From NCBI RefSeq assembly GCF_001194135.2, contig NC_068985.1:82420228-82484227 (forward strand): a stretch of DNA of 64,000 bases, read 5' to 3'. The notes beneath the pieces were generated by a model. That model did no database searches, was not told where the DNA came from, and saw nothing but the letters and a program-made list of their open reading frames with translations. The stretch comes from Octopus bimaculoides. Lineage: Eukaryota. Made by a program: the position numbers and the translations under genes. Below, one piece after another: positions 26,216-37,685 of the stretch (its first letter is position 1; the number at the start of each line of letters is the position of its first letter).

Positions 26216-27199
26216 TAGGAAATTTTTATTATTTTAGCATATTAGCATATATTAGGAAATGCTTTCAGAGAATTGATGTCGTTAATAGGTTTTTGTCTCA
26301 ACCAACTAAGGTGAAAATAAATTACTGTTGTTGTTTAGCCCCAGGTCATCCTGATATGGCAATTTGTGATCAAGGGTGTCAGCCAAGACCATCTTGTCTT
26401 TATACGGGCATTGTTTAACTATATCATTCTTTTTACATCTAATAATCCAAGTTTTCTTCAATTACCATACAAAACAGATAACCTTAAATTGATATTTAAA
26501 ATGTATTTAAAATAGTCTCATGTAAAACCAAATTTTAATGGCTTTGAAATTAATGTTCTTAAATATTAATTTATTATTCCTCCCTTTCAAGTTTAAGATA
26601 AATAAATCACCTCTGCAATTTCATTCATAGCTGAAACTTGTAAAAATCTTTCTTTTTTTCAAGTTGTCTTAGAGTTTTCTGTGAGGACATTACCTTCTTA
26701 AAATAGTATCCCTATTTCTCTTCAATAAAAGATTTAACTATTAAATAAGATAAATCATTTGCTTAACAATAAATTCTGACATATTTTCTTATTTTTAATT
26801 TGGCCTAATTTTTACTTTGGGTAAACACAAGAATCAGCAAAGAAATCCTGTACAATTCAAAATATTTTAAAAATTGATAAACAAGCTGAAATGAGATAAA
26901 TTGCAATGGTTGTAAACATTATTTAAATGAATTAATTTTTTTTCATGATTCTTTAAAACTAACCTTCTTTTGGAGTTACTTATGTATTAACAGTAAAATA
27001 TTTTAGTTTACTACTTTTTATTATTATAACGAGAAGCAAAAATGTTGGAACATATCAGTGCTACCCCTTTCTGAGTTTGTTTTACTTTGCCATAACTAGT
27101 GGCATTGATGAAAGAAATAGTGAAGGTAGCATTTCCCACAATTCAGATACAAATGAAATCGTAGCTAAAATTTGGTTCAATGTTTACTTTCCCTACACT

Positions 27200-29130
27200 T
27201 TTTCATACTGATAAGAAAGGAATATACTTTTACTTGGTGAGTTTTGAGGCAGAGACAGTGCCCATGACCCCTGCAGACACTCTGAGTCCAGTGAGGTTGA
27301 TTCTATTAATGTTCCATTTAAACTGTTGCAGTCTAGCATTTACAGGAATGATATCAGTTGTGAGAAGATTCCAGAGATTTGGTGTTCTGGGGAGAAAGGA
27401 CTGAGAATAGTGGTTAGTATGGAGTCAGGAGCTGAGTAGGTTGAACATAAGAAGGGTGACAAGAAGTGGAAAGATGTGTGGGTTGGGGATGCTTGAGCAG
27501 TAGAGGTATGAGATAAGTTGACTTTGAAGAACTGACATCATTATCTAATAATAGCAAAATGAAGTGGAGACAGCAACCTCTGTGTCAAAGGCTGGTATGT
27601 GTCCAGTAATTGAATGCCAGTTAGTCTAGTGGCTTTCCCTGGATGTAATCCTGAATGTCTGTGCACATTTCCAGATGTGGGCTTCAATTGAATTTTTATT
27701 TTATTGAATTGAGAGGGAGTGAAATACCTTCTGGTCCTAAAGAGAAGGGCTAGCTTTGGGATGCACTCCTAGCTTTGCTAAGGATATTCTTTTCCCCTGT
27801 AGAGATCTTCAGTGATATGAGACCCAGCATTTAAGGTGATTTTAAGGGTTCAGATTAGATGTGGTGTGGTAACTAGTATGAGTGGTGCCTAGGATTTTTG
27901 CCGTTAAAAGATAAAAGCTTGGCATAGTATCACTGGAAGATGCTTTTAAACTTTTTGTTTATAGAAACAAAGTTTGCATTTTGTGTGTGGTTAATGAATG
28001 ACAAATGAAAGTCTGTGAGGAATAAAGGGTTCTGCCATCTGCATAAGGGTTGGTGTTGTTGGATATGGTAGCAAGTAGGTTATTGATGTAGAGAAGGAAA
28101 GGAGTACGAGACAAAACCAAACTGAGGAACACGAGTTAATTGAGAGCATGACAAGAGAGAGCCCCATTAACACATGCCACAATGGTATAATTGTGGCATC
28201 TGATAATACAAGAATTGAGAGATGGATGTATACCAGAGATGAGAAGTTTTGATAGGACATTTGCATGCTAGACATGGTCAGATGCTTTGCTGATGTTTAG
28301 AGTAACAACATTGTTTTTACTGAGCCTCTCTAAAGCAAGAGCTGTCCAATGCTGCATGACATTAGAGAGTAGGTCTAGGAGTTTGACTCTGCAGAAGCCA
28401 TACTGGTGATCACTGAGGGGAGAGATGGTCTTTGAGGTGTTAGCGAATGTCTTTGGTAATGATTGTTTCTTATTATTCTGGAGATGTTAGAAGTGAGGGC
28501 AATAGAACAAAAGTTGCCTTTGTCAGAGAGGTTACCATTCTTTGGGCATATCCTCATTGAAAGTGAGAAATTAAAGAATATGTGGGGTATAGAAACCAAT
28601 TCTTGAATCTGTTATTTAAATGTTATGGAAGGACATTGTTAAGGATGATGGCCTTGTTTGTTTGAAGAAGCTTGAGCTATTTCTGCACTTGGCATGTGTG
28701 TATGCGAGGAAGGGAGCCTACTGGAGTGGAAGGATAGGTTTGGAAGGGATTGGTCAAGGGTTTGTAGTCTGGAATAGGATGCAGATTGGGCAGGAAAGTA
28801 GGAGGCTGTCTTCATGGAATACTGCTTTTGGAACCATTGTTGTTTAGAAGAGGAGAAATCCACAAAGTAGCTGGAGATACTTTGGCTAGAGACCAGAAGA
28901 ATCAACTGCAATTTGGAAGGTAGGAGCTGTATGATGCATGCAGCTGTGTGATGCATCCTTTGCACAATGAATACTGGTCTTAAAAGAGTTGTGCTGCTGT
29001 CTGAACCCTGCCCACTTTTGGGGAGTAGGTGGGAATCAGCAGGTGTCAGAGGCCAATCATCAACCTTCAAGTTACTGAAAATTGAATGTAATAGATGGGA
29101 ATTGGAAAAAAAAGTGTCTTCTACTGGATA
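27200..29130 (-). mobile_element. Decayed CR1/Jockey-group LINE ORF2 (reverse transcriptase region)
   Basis: The minus strand gives PKNGNLSDKGNFCSIALTSNIS..., LSDHQYGF, VTLNISKASDHV*H..LSKL..SGI, VNG.LS....INS.VPQ....FLLYINNLL and NPYADGRTLYS. These are RT motifs in the expected order, with many stops and frameshifts. Confidence 0.88.
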
Positions 29131-30339
29131 GCTTAATATCAACACACACAATTTTTATTTGCTATTCATGAAATATGATTAATTCTGAAATCACTAAGAA
29201 CTGAATAAATACACATTTTGACCAAGTTAATAGCTCTTATTTTTTCAGTAGATGTCATACATAATAGACAGATTAAGGATCTTCCATCCCCAACAAATGG
29301 ACATTTCTTTTTACCTTTTTAACTTGCCTACTGTAATACTATAATGATGGTGATGTAAAAAATATTCTGAAATATTTCCAGAAGGAAATCAATATGAATG
29401 TTTTCAAATTATAATGATTAAGAATAATTATGTGTGACAAAGTGATCTTAGAATGAAAGAAATACATTTACTTAGTAAACCTATATTTAAATTAACTAAA
29501 GAGTTTGGTATTATTTTTATGAATGACATTAGCTATAATATTTGAAAAAAATAAAGACAGACAAAAACAGTAAATAAATAAAAGCCATCTTGTATAATTT
29601 GTTTCTACTTTTGTTTAAATAATCTATTATTTTATGACTTCTCAATACAATTGTCTGAATGCATTTATGTATAAATATATTTATATAAACTAACTTTATT
29701 GGAAATTAAAATTTATTCAATAAAAATGGAGAAAATATAGATTTTTCAAAATTATACATTTGAGGGCTTTTTCTGTTATCAGTGTCCTTTATCAATGTTA
29801 AATGCTTCTAAAATGAAGAAAATCCATAATAGCTAATGTTGGACAGTTTAGTTCCATCAATATTTTACAGTTATAATTATATTAGTTCTGTATAACATTA
29901 CTCATTTAGACCAATGTGTTGTATGTTTGCTTGCATGTATGTGTTAGTTTGTTTCTATGTATGAAATACAGAAATGTTTAATTGTTTAGTTGGATTAAAC
30001 TGTTGTGAACCCTGGCCACATAAGATAATTGAACACCAGCTTGCATGACACATCTGCTGCAGGTATTTCATTATGTTTCTGGATAAATTACTAACTCTGT
30101 GCCTCAGTTCATCTATTTTCTTGCAGGTAATTTTTATAGCCTGTGTCTTCTGATAAAAAAAAAAGACCGCATTATTATATATTGAAGATCTTTCATCATT
30201 GGAAAAGGTAGAGTAGTAAATTTGCAGAGACTAAAAAGTTGGGGGAGCCAAACTATAGTCCTCAGGACACATGCAACTTACAGGGAATGGAGTCTATGTA
30301 GAGTGCAAATACATTTTTTTAAAACTGAAAAATACGTAA

Positions 30340-30420
30340 TTTTACCTTTTGTCTTTCAGTTGTTTTAGTCATTGGATTGCAGCCATGATGGGGTTAGTCA
30401 AACAAATCAATCCCAGTACT
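30340..30420 (-). mobile_element. Fragment of the same SINE tail
   Basis: tttaccttttg...ttgttttagtcattggattgcagccatg...ttagtcaaacaaatcaatcccagtact. Confidence 0.5.
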
Positions 30421-31564
30421 ATTAGGTCCTCCTTAATGACAAATGTAAATTGGTGTAGATAAGAAATCAAGGTCAGTCACCAACCTGTAGGCAACAGATG
30501 CACTTGACTAGGGACTCAGAGGTGATATTTATGGCTGAAGAAGCTAATCTCTGAATGGCAACCTATAGTACACTTGCTGCACAGGAAAACTGATAACTGC
30601 AGCAGGGAAATTATTGTAACAGATTTCTTTTTCATTTTACTGTTTAGGAAAAAAAAAAAAAGGTTCATTTTACCCTCTGCTGTAGTGAAAATTGAATATA
30701 AATCTCTTTGCCCTATCAAGCAATGCAATCGGCACCTGTCACTTTCTGTATGTCCACACTCATGTCAGTCACATTAGAAAATCTTCCTATGTCATAGCTT
30801 TAGGCCAAACTCCTGTGGCTATGCTACATACGTTGTGCATGTCTGACCCAGCACAAGCTTTGCTGCATGAGTAGAACATACATGCTCAGCATGGTTGGTT
30901 CAGTTCATCCTTATTTGGCACATCCTTCTGTTAGGAGAAACTTAAGCACTGTAGATAGTAGTTGTTAAGATTATGCTCATGGTTCATATTTGTTGTCCAA
31001 CTCTTACTGCTGTAGAGAACAATACTCAATATGCAAACTCTGTGCAGGGAATTTGGTGATGGCAGTGACTTTTATTTTACCACACTATATTAGAAAACTT
31101 TGTGTGGATATGTGTATTCAGGAATGCATGTATGTATGCAAGAGTTTGTGTGAAGGTATGTGTATTCATGACGGAAGGTATGTGTCTTTAAGGGTGAATG
31201 TATTTGAGTAAAAGTGTGTATATTTATACATATGCATGTACATGTGTATATGACTTTGCATGTATGTGTAAAAGATTGGAACATTTACATAACACTGACA
31301 TAACTGCAAGAAGCAAACATTATTAATGTGTCTAGAAGAGCAATGTTGAATAACATTGGAGCCACAGCCGAGAATACAGGTGGAACGTTTGAAGAATATT
31401 GTAATATATATATGGAAAGAGAATATTCATACATCTATTTCACTAACATACTAGACAATCTGGGTAGGTTAACTAATATCTATCCATGCATGCATGCATG
31501 TAACACAATTCTAGGAATGATGAATTATGTACATATGTACAGCTGTTTATATATTTATGCTGGT

Positions 31565-31617
31565 GGGACAGACATTTCATATATATATATATGTGTATGT
31601 ATATATATATGTGTATG

Positions 31618-31695
<78 letters not shown>

Positions 31696-31728
31696 TAGAT
31701 AGATAAATACATAGATAGATAGATATAT
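31565..31728. repeat. Compound (AT)n/(ATGT)/(AGAT)n microsatellite
   Basis: A long perfect (AT)n run followed by agat repeats. Confidence 0.95.
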
Positions 31729-31824
31729 GAGAAAAAAAAAGTTCAAGTAGAGCAATTCAGAATTTTTGAGGAGACCAAAAACAGAAAAGATAATTTTTAT
31801 ATATATAGATATATATAATAATAA

Positions 31825-32429
31825 TAATTAAGGGTATCTGAAAAATACCATCATGCTAGAGGTAGCAGTCAAAACCTGACTCTAAAATCACAACAGATAT
31901 TCATACAGCACCAGGAGGGAAGACAAAGAGACAAAATAAGCTAGCAAAAAATTATTGGATAATTACAGATCCCGGATTTCTGGCTTTGCATAAGAAATGC
32001 ATTGCCTCATCAGTGGAATATACACAAAATAGTACATAAATACAAATATATATATATATATATATACACAACATACGAATACTTACAAATATGCATGTAT
32101 ACACACATATATATATGCACGTATGCACATGACCATTTAAAATTACCTGTCTAAACTCAACGTGCTATATGGTCAAAATACCACTGCAGTGAATATAATA
32201 AAGTAAATAAATAAATTTATATAAATAAGGATAAGATCGTTATTTAAAATACCGATCATATTAAGTCGCTAGCATGGGAATAAAACCTCATAGGTAAAAA
32301 TTATAATTAAAACTATAATTAAGGGTATATAAAAGATACCATCATGTTAGAGATAGCATTCAAAACTTGACTCTAAAACCACATCAAAAATTCATACAGC
32401 ACAAGGAGAGAAGACAAAGAGACAAAATA
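31825..32429 (-). repeat. Two diverged 114-bp direct repeats (31825-31938 and 32316-32429), probably Penelope-like pseudo-LTR remnants
   Basis: taattaagggtat...accatcatg(c/t)taga...gaagacaaagagacaaaata occurs twice, 491 bp apart, collinear with scattered substitutions. The hammerhead motif adjoins the first copy. Confidence 0.7.
31963..32018 (-). ncRNA. Minimal type I hammerhead ribozyme motif (PLE type)
   Basis: Minus strand: UUCCA-CUGAUGA-GGCaaUGCAU uucuu AUGCAaaGCC-a-GAAA-UCC g GGA-U-C-UGUAA. It has the core, a long stem II, a near-palindromic stem III (AUCC/GGAU, 1-nt loop), an AUC cleavage triplet and stem I with one mismatch. One extra A precedes GAAA. Confidence 0.72.
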
Positions 32430-32510
32430 TATATATGTGTGTATGTGCAAATATATATATGTATATATGTATGTGTAAATATGTATATTTATATATATAT
32501 ATATATATAA

Positions 32511-32618
32511 TGTTAGATTGGAGCCTGGTGTAGCCATCCGGTTGCACCAGTCCTCAGTCAAATCGTCCAACCCATGCTAGCATGGAAAGCGGACGTTAAA
32601 CGATGATGATGATGATGA

Positions 32619-32620
<2 letters not shown>
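32511..32620 (+). mobile_element. SINE 3' tail ending in (GAT)n
   Basis: ttggagcctggtgtagcc...gtccaacccatgctagcatggaaagcggacgttaaacgatgatgatg. Confidence 0.8.
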
Positions 32621-32657
<37 letters not shown>

Positions 32658-32765
32658 TTATATATATTTTTTATTTATTTATTTATTTATGTGTTTCAGC
32701 CAAGTGGCTGCGGTCATGCTGGTGCACCACCGTGGATTATATATATATAATGTTTATATATATAT

Positions 32766-33743
32766 NNNNNNNNNNNNNNNNNNNNNNNNNNNNNNNNNNN
32801 NNNNNNNNNNNNNNNNNNNNNNNNNNNNNNNNNNNNNNNNNNNNNNNNNNNNNNNNNNNNNNNNNNNNNNNNNNNNNNNNNNNNNNNNNNNNNNNNNNNN
32901 NNNNNNNNNNNNNNNNNNNNNNNNNNNNNNNNNNNNNNNNNNNNNNNNNNNNNNNNNNNNNNNNNNNNNNNNNNNNNNNNNNNNNNNNNNNNNNNNNNNN
33001 NNNNNNNNNNNNNNNNNNNNNNNNNNNNNNNNNNNNNNNNNNNNNNNNNNNNNNNNNNNNNNNNNNNNNNNNNNNNNNNNNNNNNNNNNNNNNNNNNNNN
33101 NNNNNNNNNNNNNNNNNNNNNNNNNNNNNNNNNNNNNNNNNNNNNNNNNNNNNNNNNNNNNNNNNNNNNNNNNNNNNNNNNNNNNNNNNNNNNNNNNNNN
33201 NNNNNNNNNNNNNNNNNNNNNNNNNNNNNNNNNNNNNNNNNNNNNNNNNNNNNNNNNNNNNNNNNNNNNNNNNNNNNNNNNNNNNNNNNNNNNNNNNNNN
33301 NNNNNNNNNNNNNNNNNNNNNNNNNNNNNNNNNNNNNNNNNNNNNNNNNNNNNNNNNNNNNNNNNNNNNNNNNNNNNNNNNNNNNNNNNNNNNNNNNNNN
33401 NNNNNNNNNNNNNNNNNNNNNNNNNNNNNNNNNNNNNNNNNNNNNNNNNNNNNNNNNNNNNNNNNNNNNNNNNNNNNNNNNNNNNNNNNNNNNNNNNNNN
33501 NNNNNNNNNNNNNNNNNNNNNNNNNNNNNNNNNNNNNNNNNNNNNNNNNNNNNNNNNNNNNNNNNNNNNNNNNNNNNNNNNNNNNNNNNNNNNNNNNNNN
33601 NNNNNNNNNNNNNNNNNNNNNNNNNNNNNNNNNNNNNNNNNNNNNNNNNNNNNNNNNNNNNNNNNNNNNNNNNNNNNNNNNNNNNNNNNNNNNNNNNNNN
33701 NNNNNNNNNNNNNNNNNNNNNNNNNNNNNNNNNNNNNNNNNNN
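32766..33743. other. Assembly gap (978 N)
   Basis: Run of N flanked by (TA)n. Confidence 0.99.
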
Positions 33744-34062
33744 NTATATATATGTTTATGAATATATATGTTTATGAATATATATATGTATATATATATG
33801 TTTATGAATATATATATGTATATATATATGTTTATGAATATATATATGTATATATATATGTTTATGAATATATATATGTGTATATATGTTTATGAATATA
33901 TATATGTGTATATATGTTTATGAATATATGTGTATATATGTTTATGAATATATGTGTATATATGTTTATGAATATACATATGTGTATATATGTTTATGAA
34001 TATACATATGTGTATATATGTTTATGTATATATATGTATGTATGTATATGTGTATGTGTGTG
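33744..34062. repeat. AT-rich minisatellite with 24-30 bp units built around GTTTATGAAT, adjoining the gap
   Basis: About ten copies of tgtttatgaata separated by variable (TA)/(TG) runs. Confidence 0.9.
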
Positions 34063-35376
34063 TATATTACCAAAATGCCACAAAAGAGTGTGTGTTTGAG
34101 AAATTCTGATGTGGATTTTGGAATTTACCTCTAAAGTGGAATTTTTACAATGTTTATGAATCAAAAAATATAATTTGCGACAAGAAGTAACCGAACTTCC
34201 AGATTGCAAACATTGAATGTCTTTAGAATCCACCATCTTAAACTCAATGATTACCTGATTATGTTTACATGTGTATGTGTGTGTGAGTTGTGCTGCATCT
34301 TGTAACTGTCTATTTACCTATCTCTGTCTGTCTTACTTCGTCTTTCACACATTCCACCTCTATATATATACCAAACTCTCTCTCATCTTCTCTCTGTATG
34401 TATATCTCTCAGGCATGCTGTTCCCCACTCTCTCTCTTGATATAACATGTAATGCAGATTAATCACAGAAAACAACTTCGTCTATGTACCCCTTTCTATC
34501 AGTCTATCTCTTTGTTTTATGCTTTTCTCATTGTATACTTCCCCACTCTATAAATTTTTGCTACACACTCTCTCTCTCTCTCTCTCTTATTCACTCTTTC
34601 TCTATGTATGTAGAAATTGATATCTATGTTTGTGTTCAATCGTATGGACCCCAGTAATTAATTTAAGTTTGCCACATATTTTATCAGAATATTTGTTGAA
34701 TCACTAAGTTAGAGGATATAAAATGACACCACATAAACAACACTGGTTGTGAAACAGTCTCAGATGCACACACTTGGGCATACACACACACACACACATG
34801 TATACACGTGTGTGTGTATGTGTGTGTTTTTCACAAAAAACGTCCCCCAAGAACTTTATTTATTTAGTAGTTTATTCTAAGTGAAGTATATTATTTTGTG
34901 TTACTAGTTCACTATAATGTTAATTCCTTGAGTCTTTGCCTCTGACAAGGTTAGAGATTTTGGGTAGCATGTGTGCAAGTGTATGTGTGTGTGTGTGTGT
35001 GCGTGTGTGTGCGTGCGTGTGTATTAGGTTACATTAAGTGCTACTGCTAAAATATAGTCCGCTACAACCTGTTACTTGGGATGTTATGAATGACATGTTA
35101 GGCTGATGAGGTGGATTGTTAGAAACCTAGCAGGACAAAAACAAAATTTGTCAAAATAAGGGATGGCCTCAGTACAGGTTCAACATCTAACAGTGGTATG
35201 TGAGACATAAAAGTACTCACCATAGTGAATAAGTGCACTGTAGTACCACTTTTGGAGTGATGGTCTCGTAGTTATTTTCAGAATGGTTCCTCAGTCATGT
35301 TAGGAATGGGAGTGACCTATTTGCACTACTCTGCTGCTTTGTGAATGAGAGTAGCAGAACAGGAGCTAGTGCAGTA

Positions 35377-35790
35377 CATCATCAACATTGTTTAACATCT
35401 GCTTTTCATGCTGGCATGTGTTGGATGGTTTGATGTGGAGCTGGCTAGCAGGGAGCCGTCCAGATTATAGCCATCTGTTGAGGTATGGTTTCTATGGCTG
35501 GATGCCCTTCCTAATCCCAACCACTTAAAAGTGTGCTGGGTGGGTGCTTTTTGCATGACACCAGAATGAGTGCATTTTCGCAGTACTGGAACGGGTGCTT
35601 TAACACAGCACCAGCTTGGGTGCTTTTCTTAGTGGCAGTGACACCTGTAAGGACAAGCCGGTATATGTGGAAGATAGCAATTTTATTTAGCTTGACATGT
35701 CTTTTCAAGTACAGCAAATTGCCACATCCCATGGTCTATTGTCATTTCCTCAGTGAGGCTCAGCATCCAAAGATCCTCCAGTTGTCTTCA
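35377..35790 (-). mobile_element. SINE or non-autonomous RTE-related element
   Basis: Reverse complement of the same tail (catcatc..tttaacatctgcttttcatgctggcatg..ttggatgg) and of the core (ggctggatgcccttcctaa), with short internal gggtgcttt repeats. Confidence 0.75.
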
Positions 35791-35839
35791 GTCTTGTCAC
35801 AGGACTGGTTATCACCTCCTGAAATGTAGATCAAGATTT

Positions 35840-36000
35840 TGAACCTTATAGGTGGTAACTGTTTTTGCAGCAATAAAGGCATCATATATTCTCTGCTGAT
35901 GAAATACCACTGCTTCCATAGCTTCTGAAGGCACACGACAGAAGTAGCTTTGGCATTGGCTGTTGTAATGCTGTTGTCACCAAGATAGTTCCATCCTTGT
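35840..36000 (-). mobile_element. Possible RTE RT C-terminal fragment
   Basis: WNYLGDNSITTANAKATS...LQKLWK...IS resembles YLG...RIAKA...L.K.W. Confidence 0.35.
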
Positions 36001-37059
36001 TGCTGCTAGTCTTTAAGAAGTGCAGTCATCAAAGAATCCATAATTGAGTAAGACTGTTAACATTGAATTTAATGAACAAGTATAACTAAATATGCATAAA
36101 TATGAATGTGCATGTGTATATGTCTATGTATTTGTATGTACCTGAGTATGTACATGTATAAATATATGTGTATGAATATTTTCTGGTTCACTTTTAAAAC
36201 TTATAACAAAATAGTATCAATAGCCAAAGTTTGAATTGAAAACATATTTATGTAAATATAAAAAAATGGTATTACATGATAATTCAAATTTTTCTATTTC
36301 TTTCTAAGTTAGTAATTTTAAGTTTTAGTTGAAATATTTCATCAACGCAGAAGTGAACTCTAAAGATTACTTCTACTTAGACACATATGAGTCAAAACTT
36401 TTTCTGAAGAAAAGGAAATTAATTTTATTGCATATTAAGAATTTATGACTATAATTCAAAGAACTTAAAATTTTTGACAATCAAAAATCTTGAAAAATAT
36501 TGCTTTTTTTTCTCTTTAGAATGGTTTTATTTTCTTTTAATTCATTCTCTAGTGTATTTAAATGCTAATTAAAATTAGAATTTTCCTTTTTACCTTGGAG
36601 AATATTTATTGTAAAGTTTAGGTATTAAAAGAAGTACAGGTTATGTATAAATTTTAAATTTAATATTGTAGTAAAACTTAAAAGAATGATTTTTAGATAA
36701 AGAAAGGGAAACTTCTTTTAATTAAATAAGAGAACATTATAAAATGTTGCATTTAGTTCCCCTGTTTTAAGTCAGTGATTCAGAAATTAAATGGCTGGAG
36801 CTCATCTTGATAAGCTTCATTACTCAGCACCCTAAAGCAATGTTTGGTTTTCCATATTAAGATTCTTTTAAAAATGTATATTTGTAATTGTTCATATATT
36901 CACTTTCATGTTGATTTTATTTCCCTATAATTTTTTAAAGTCTATTTTATGTATGTATTTAATATAGACCTGAAAGTGAAGTTGATTTAAATAATGACTT
37001 AAAAAATTAGCTTACTTTTAGCTTATTTACACATTTTAAACCAACTTTTATATAAAAAT

Positions 37060-37119
37060 ATAAATATATATATGTGGTGTGTGTGTGATATATACATGTG
37101 TGTGTATATTATACATATA

Positions 37120-37151
<32 letters not shown>

Positions 37152-37200
37152 CATATATTCATACACTTTCACGCATACACTAATATGCACACATATAGAT
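37060..37200. repeat. Compound (TA)/(TG) microsatellite upstream of the FUZ exon
   Basis: Alternating TA and TG runs. Confidence 0.9.
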
Positions 37201-37563
37201 ATTTTATTGGCCTTTTAAATTGATTGTTGTGAGATAATTGAGATGATCAAAAGCTCTCTTAATGCCTCTGAGGGCAATGTTATAATTGCGCTCTTTATCA
37301 AACAGGAAGATCAATCTAGATGTACCTAATAAGTGAGATGTATTGTGTAAGTTTATTGAGGAACTTCCTGTTTCAAACATTTTAATTGCATTAATATCTT
37401 AATACTGACCTTGCACATTTACCTAAGTGAATATACTTAGCTTTCAATTAATATGCAAAAGTGTGTATGCATGAATATATGCATGTGAATGCATACTTAT
37501 TTGTGTATTATATACTGTGTATTATTTACCATTTTTTAAGTAAATTTGTTTGATTTTTTTTAG

Positions 37564-37685
37564 CTTCCCTTTCCACTCATTGGTACTTTAAATGGTGTTC
37601 AAATGTTTGCTGCATCAAGAGATATGGAACTGCAGTCAACTACTACAGAAAATTCTAAAGTGTTTTGGAAAGTATTTCAAAACAG
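37564..37685 (+). CDS. FUZ: Internal coding exon of fuzzy planar cell polarity effector (first longin domain), equivalent to vertebrate FUZ exon 2
   Basis: Acceptor tttttttag precedes the exon and AG|gtaagt follows it. The 122 nt (phase 0 to phase 2) translate to LPFPLIGTLNGVQMFAASRDMELQSTTTENSKVFWKVFQN(S/R). This aligns without gaps to human FUZ LPFSVIGSLNGVHMFGQNLEVQLSSARTENTTVVWKSFHDS (recalled sequence). Confidence 0.92.

Noticed and set aside
31328-31755. ORFs rich in IY/YI repeats
   Set aside because: Translation of (AT)n microsatellite.
32603-33895. Long ORFs of 430 and 362 aa in the ORF track
   Set aside because: Artefacts of translating N runs and (TA)n repeats.
35100-35140. CTGATGAG...GAAAC as a hammerhead
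   Set aside because: No stem II pairing and no stem III or NUH triplet.
36790-36836. MAGAHL... as a possible FUZ first exon
   Set aside because: Stops after 14 codons, has no donor and lacks the G-x-P-L-F motif.
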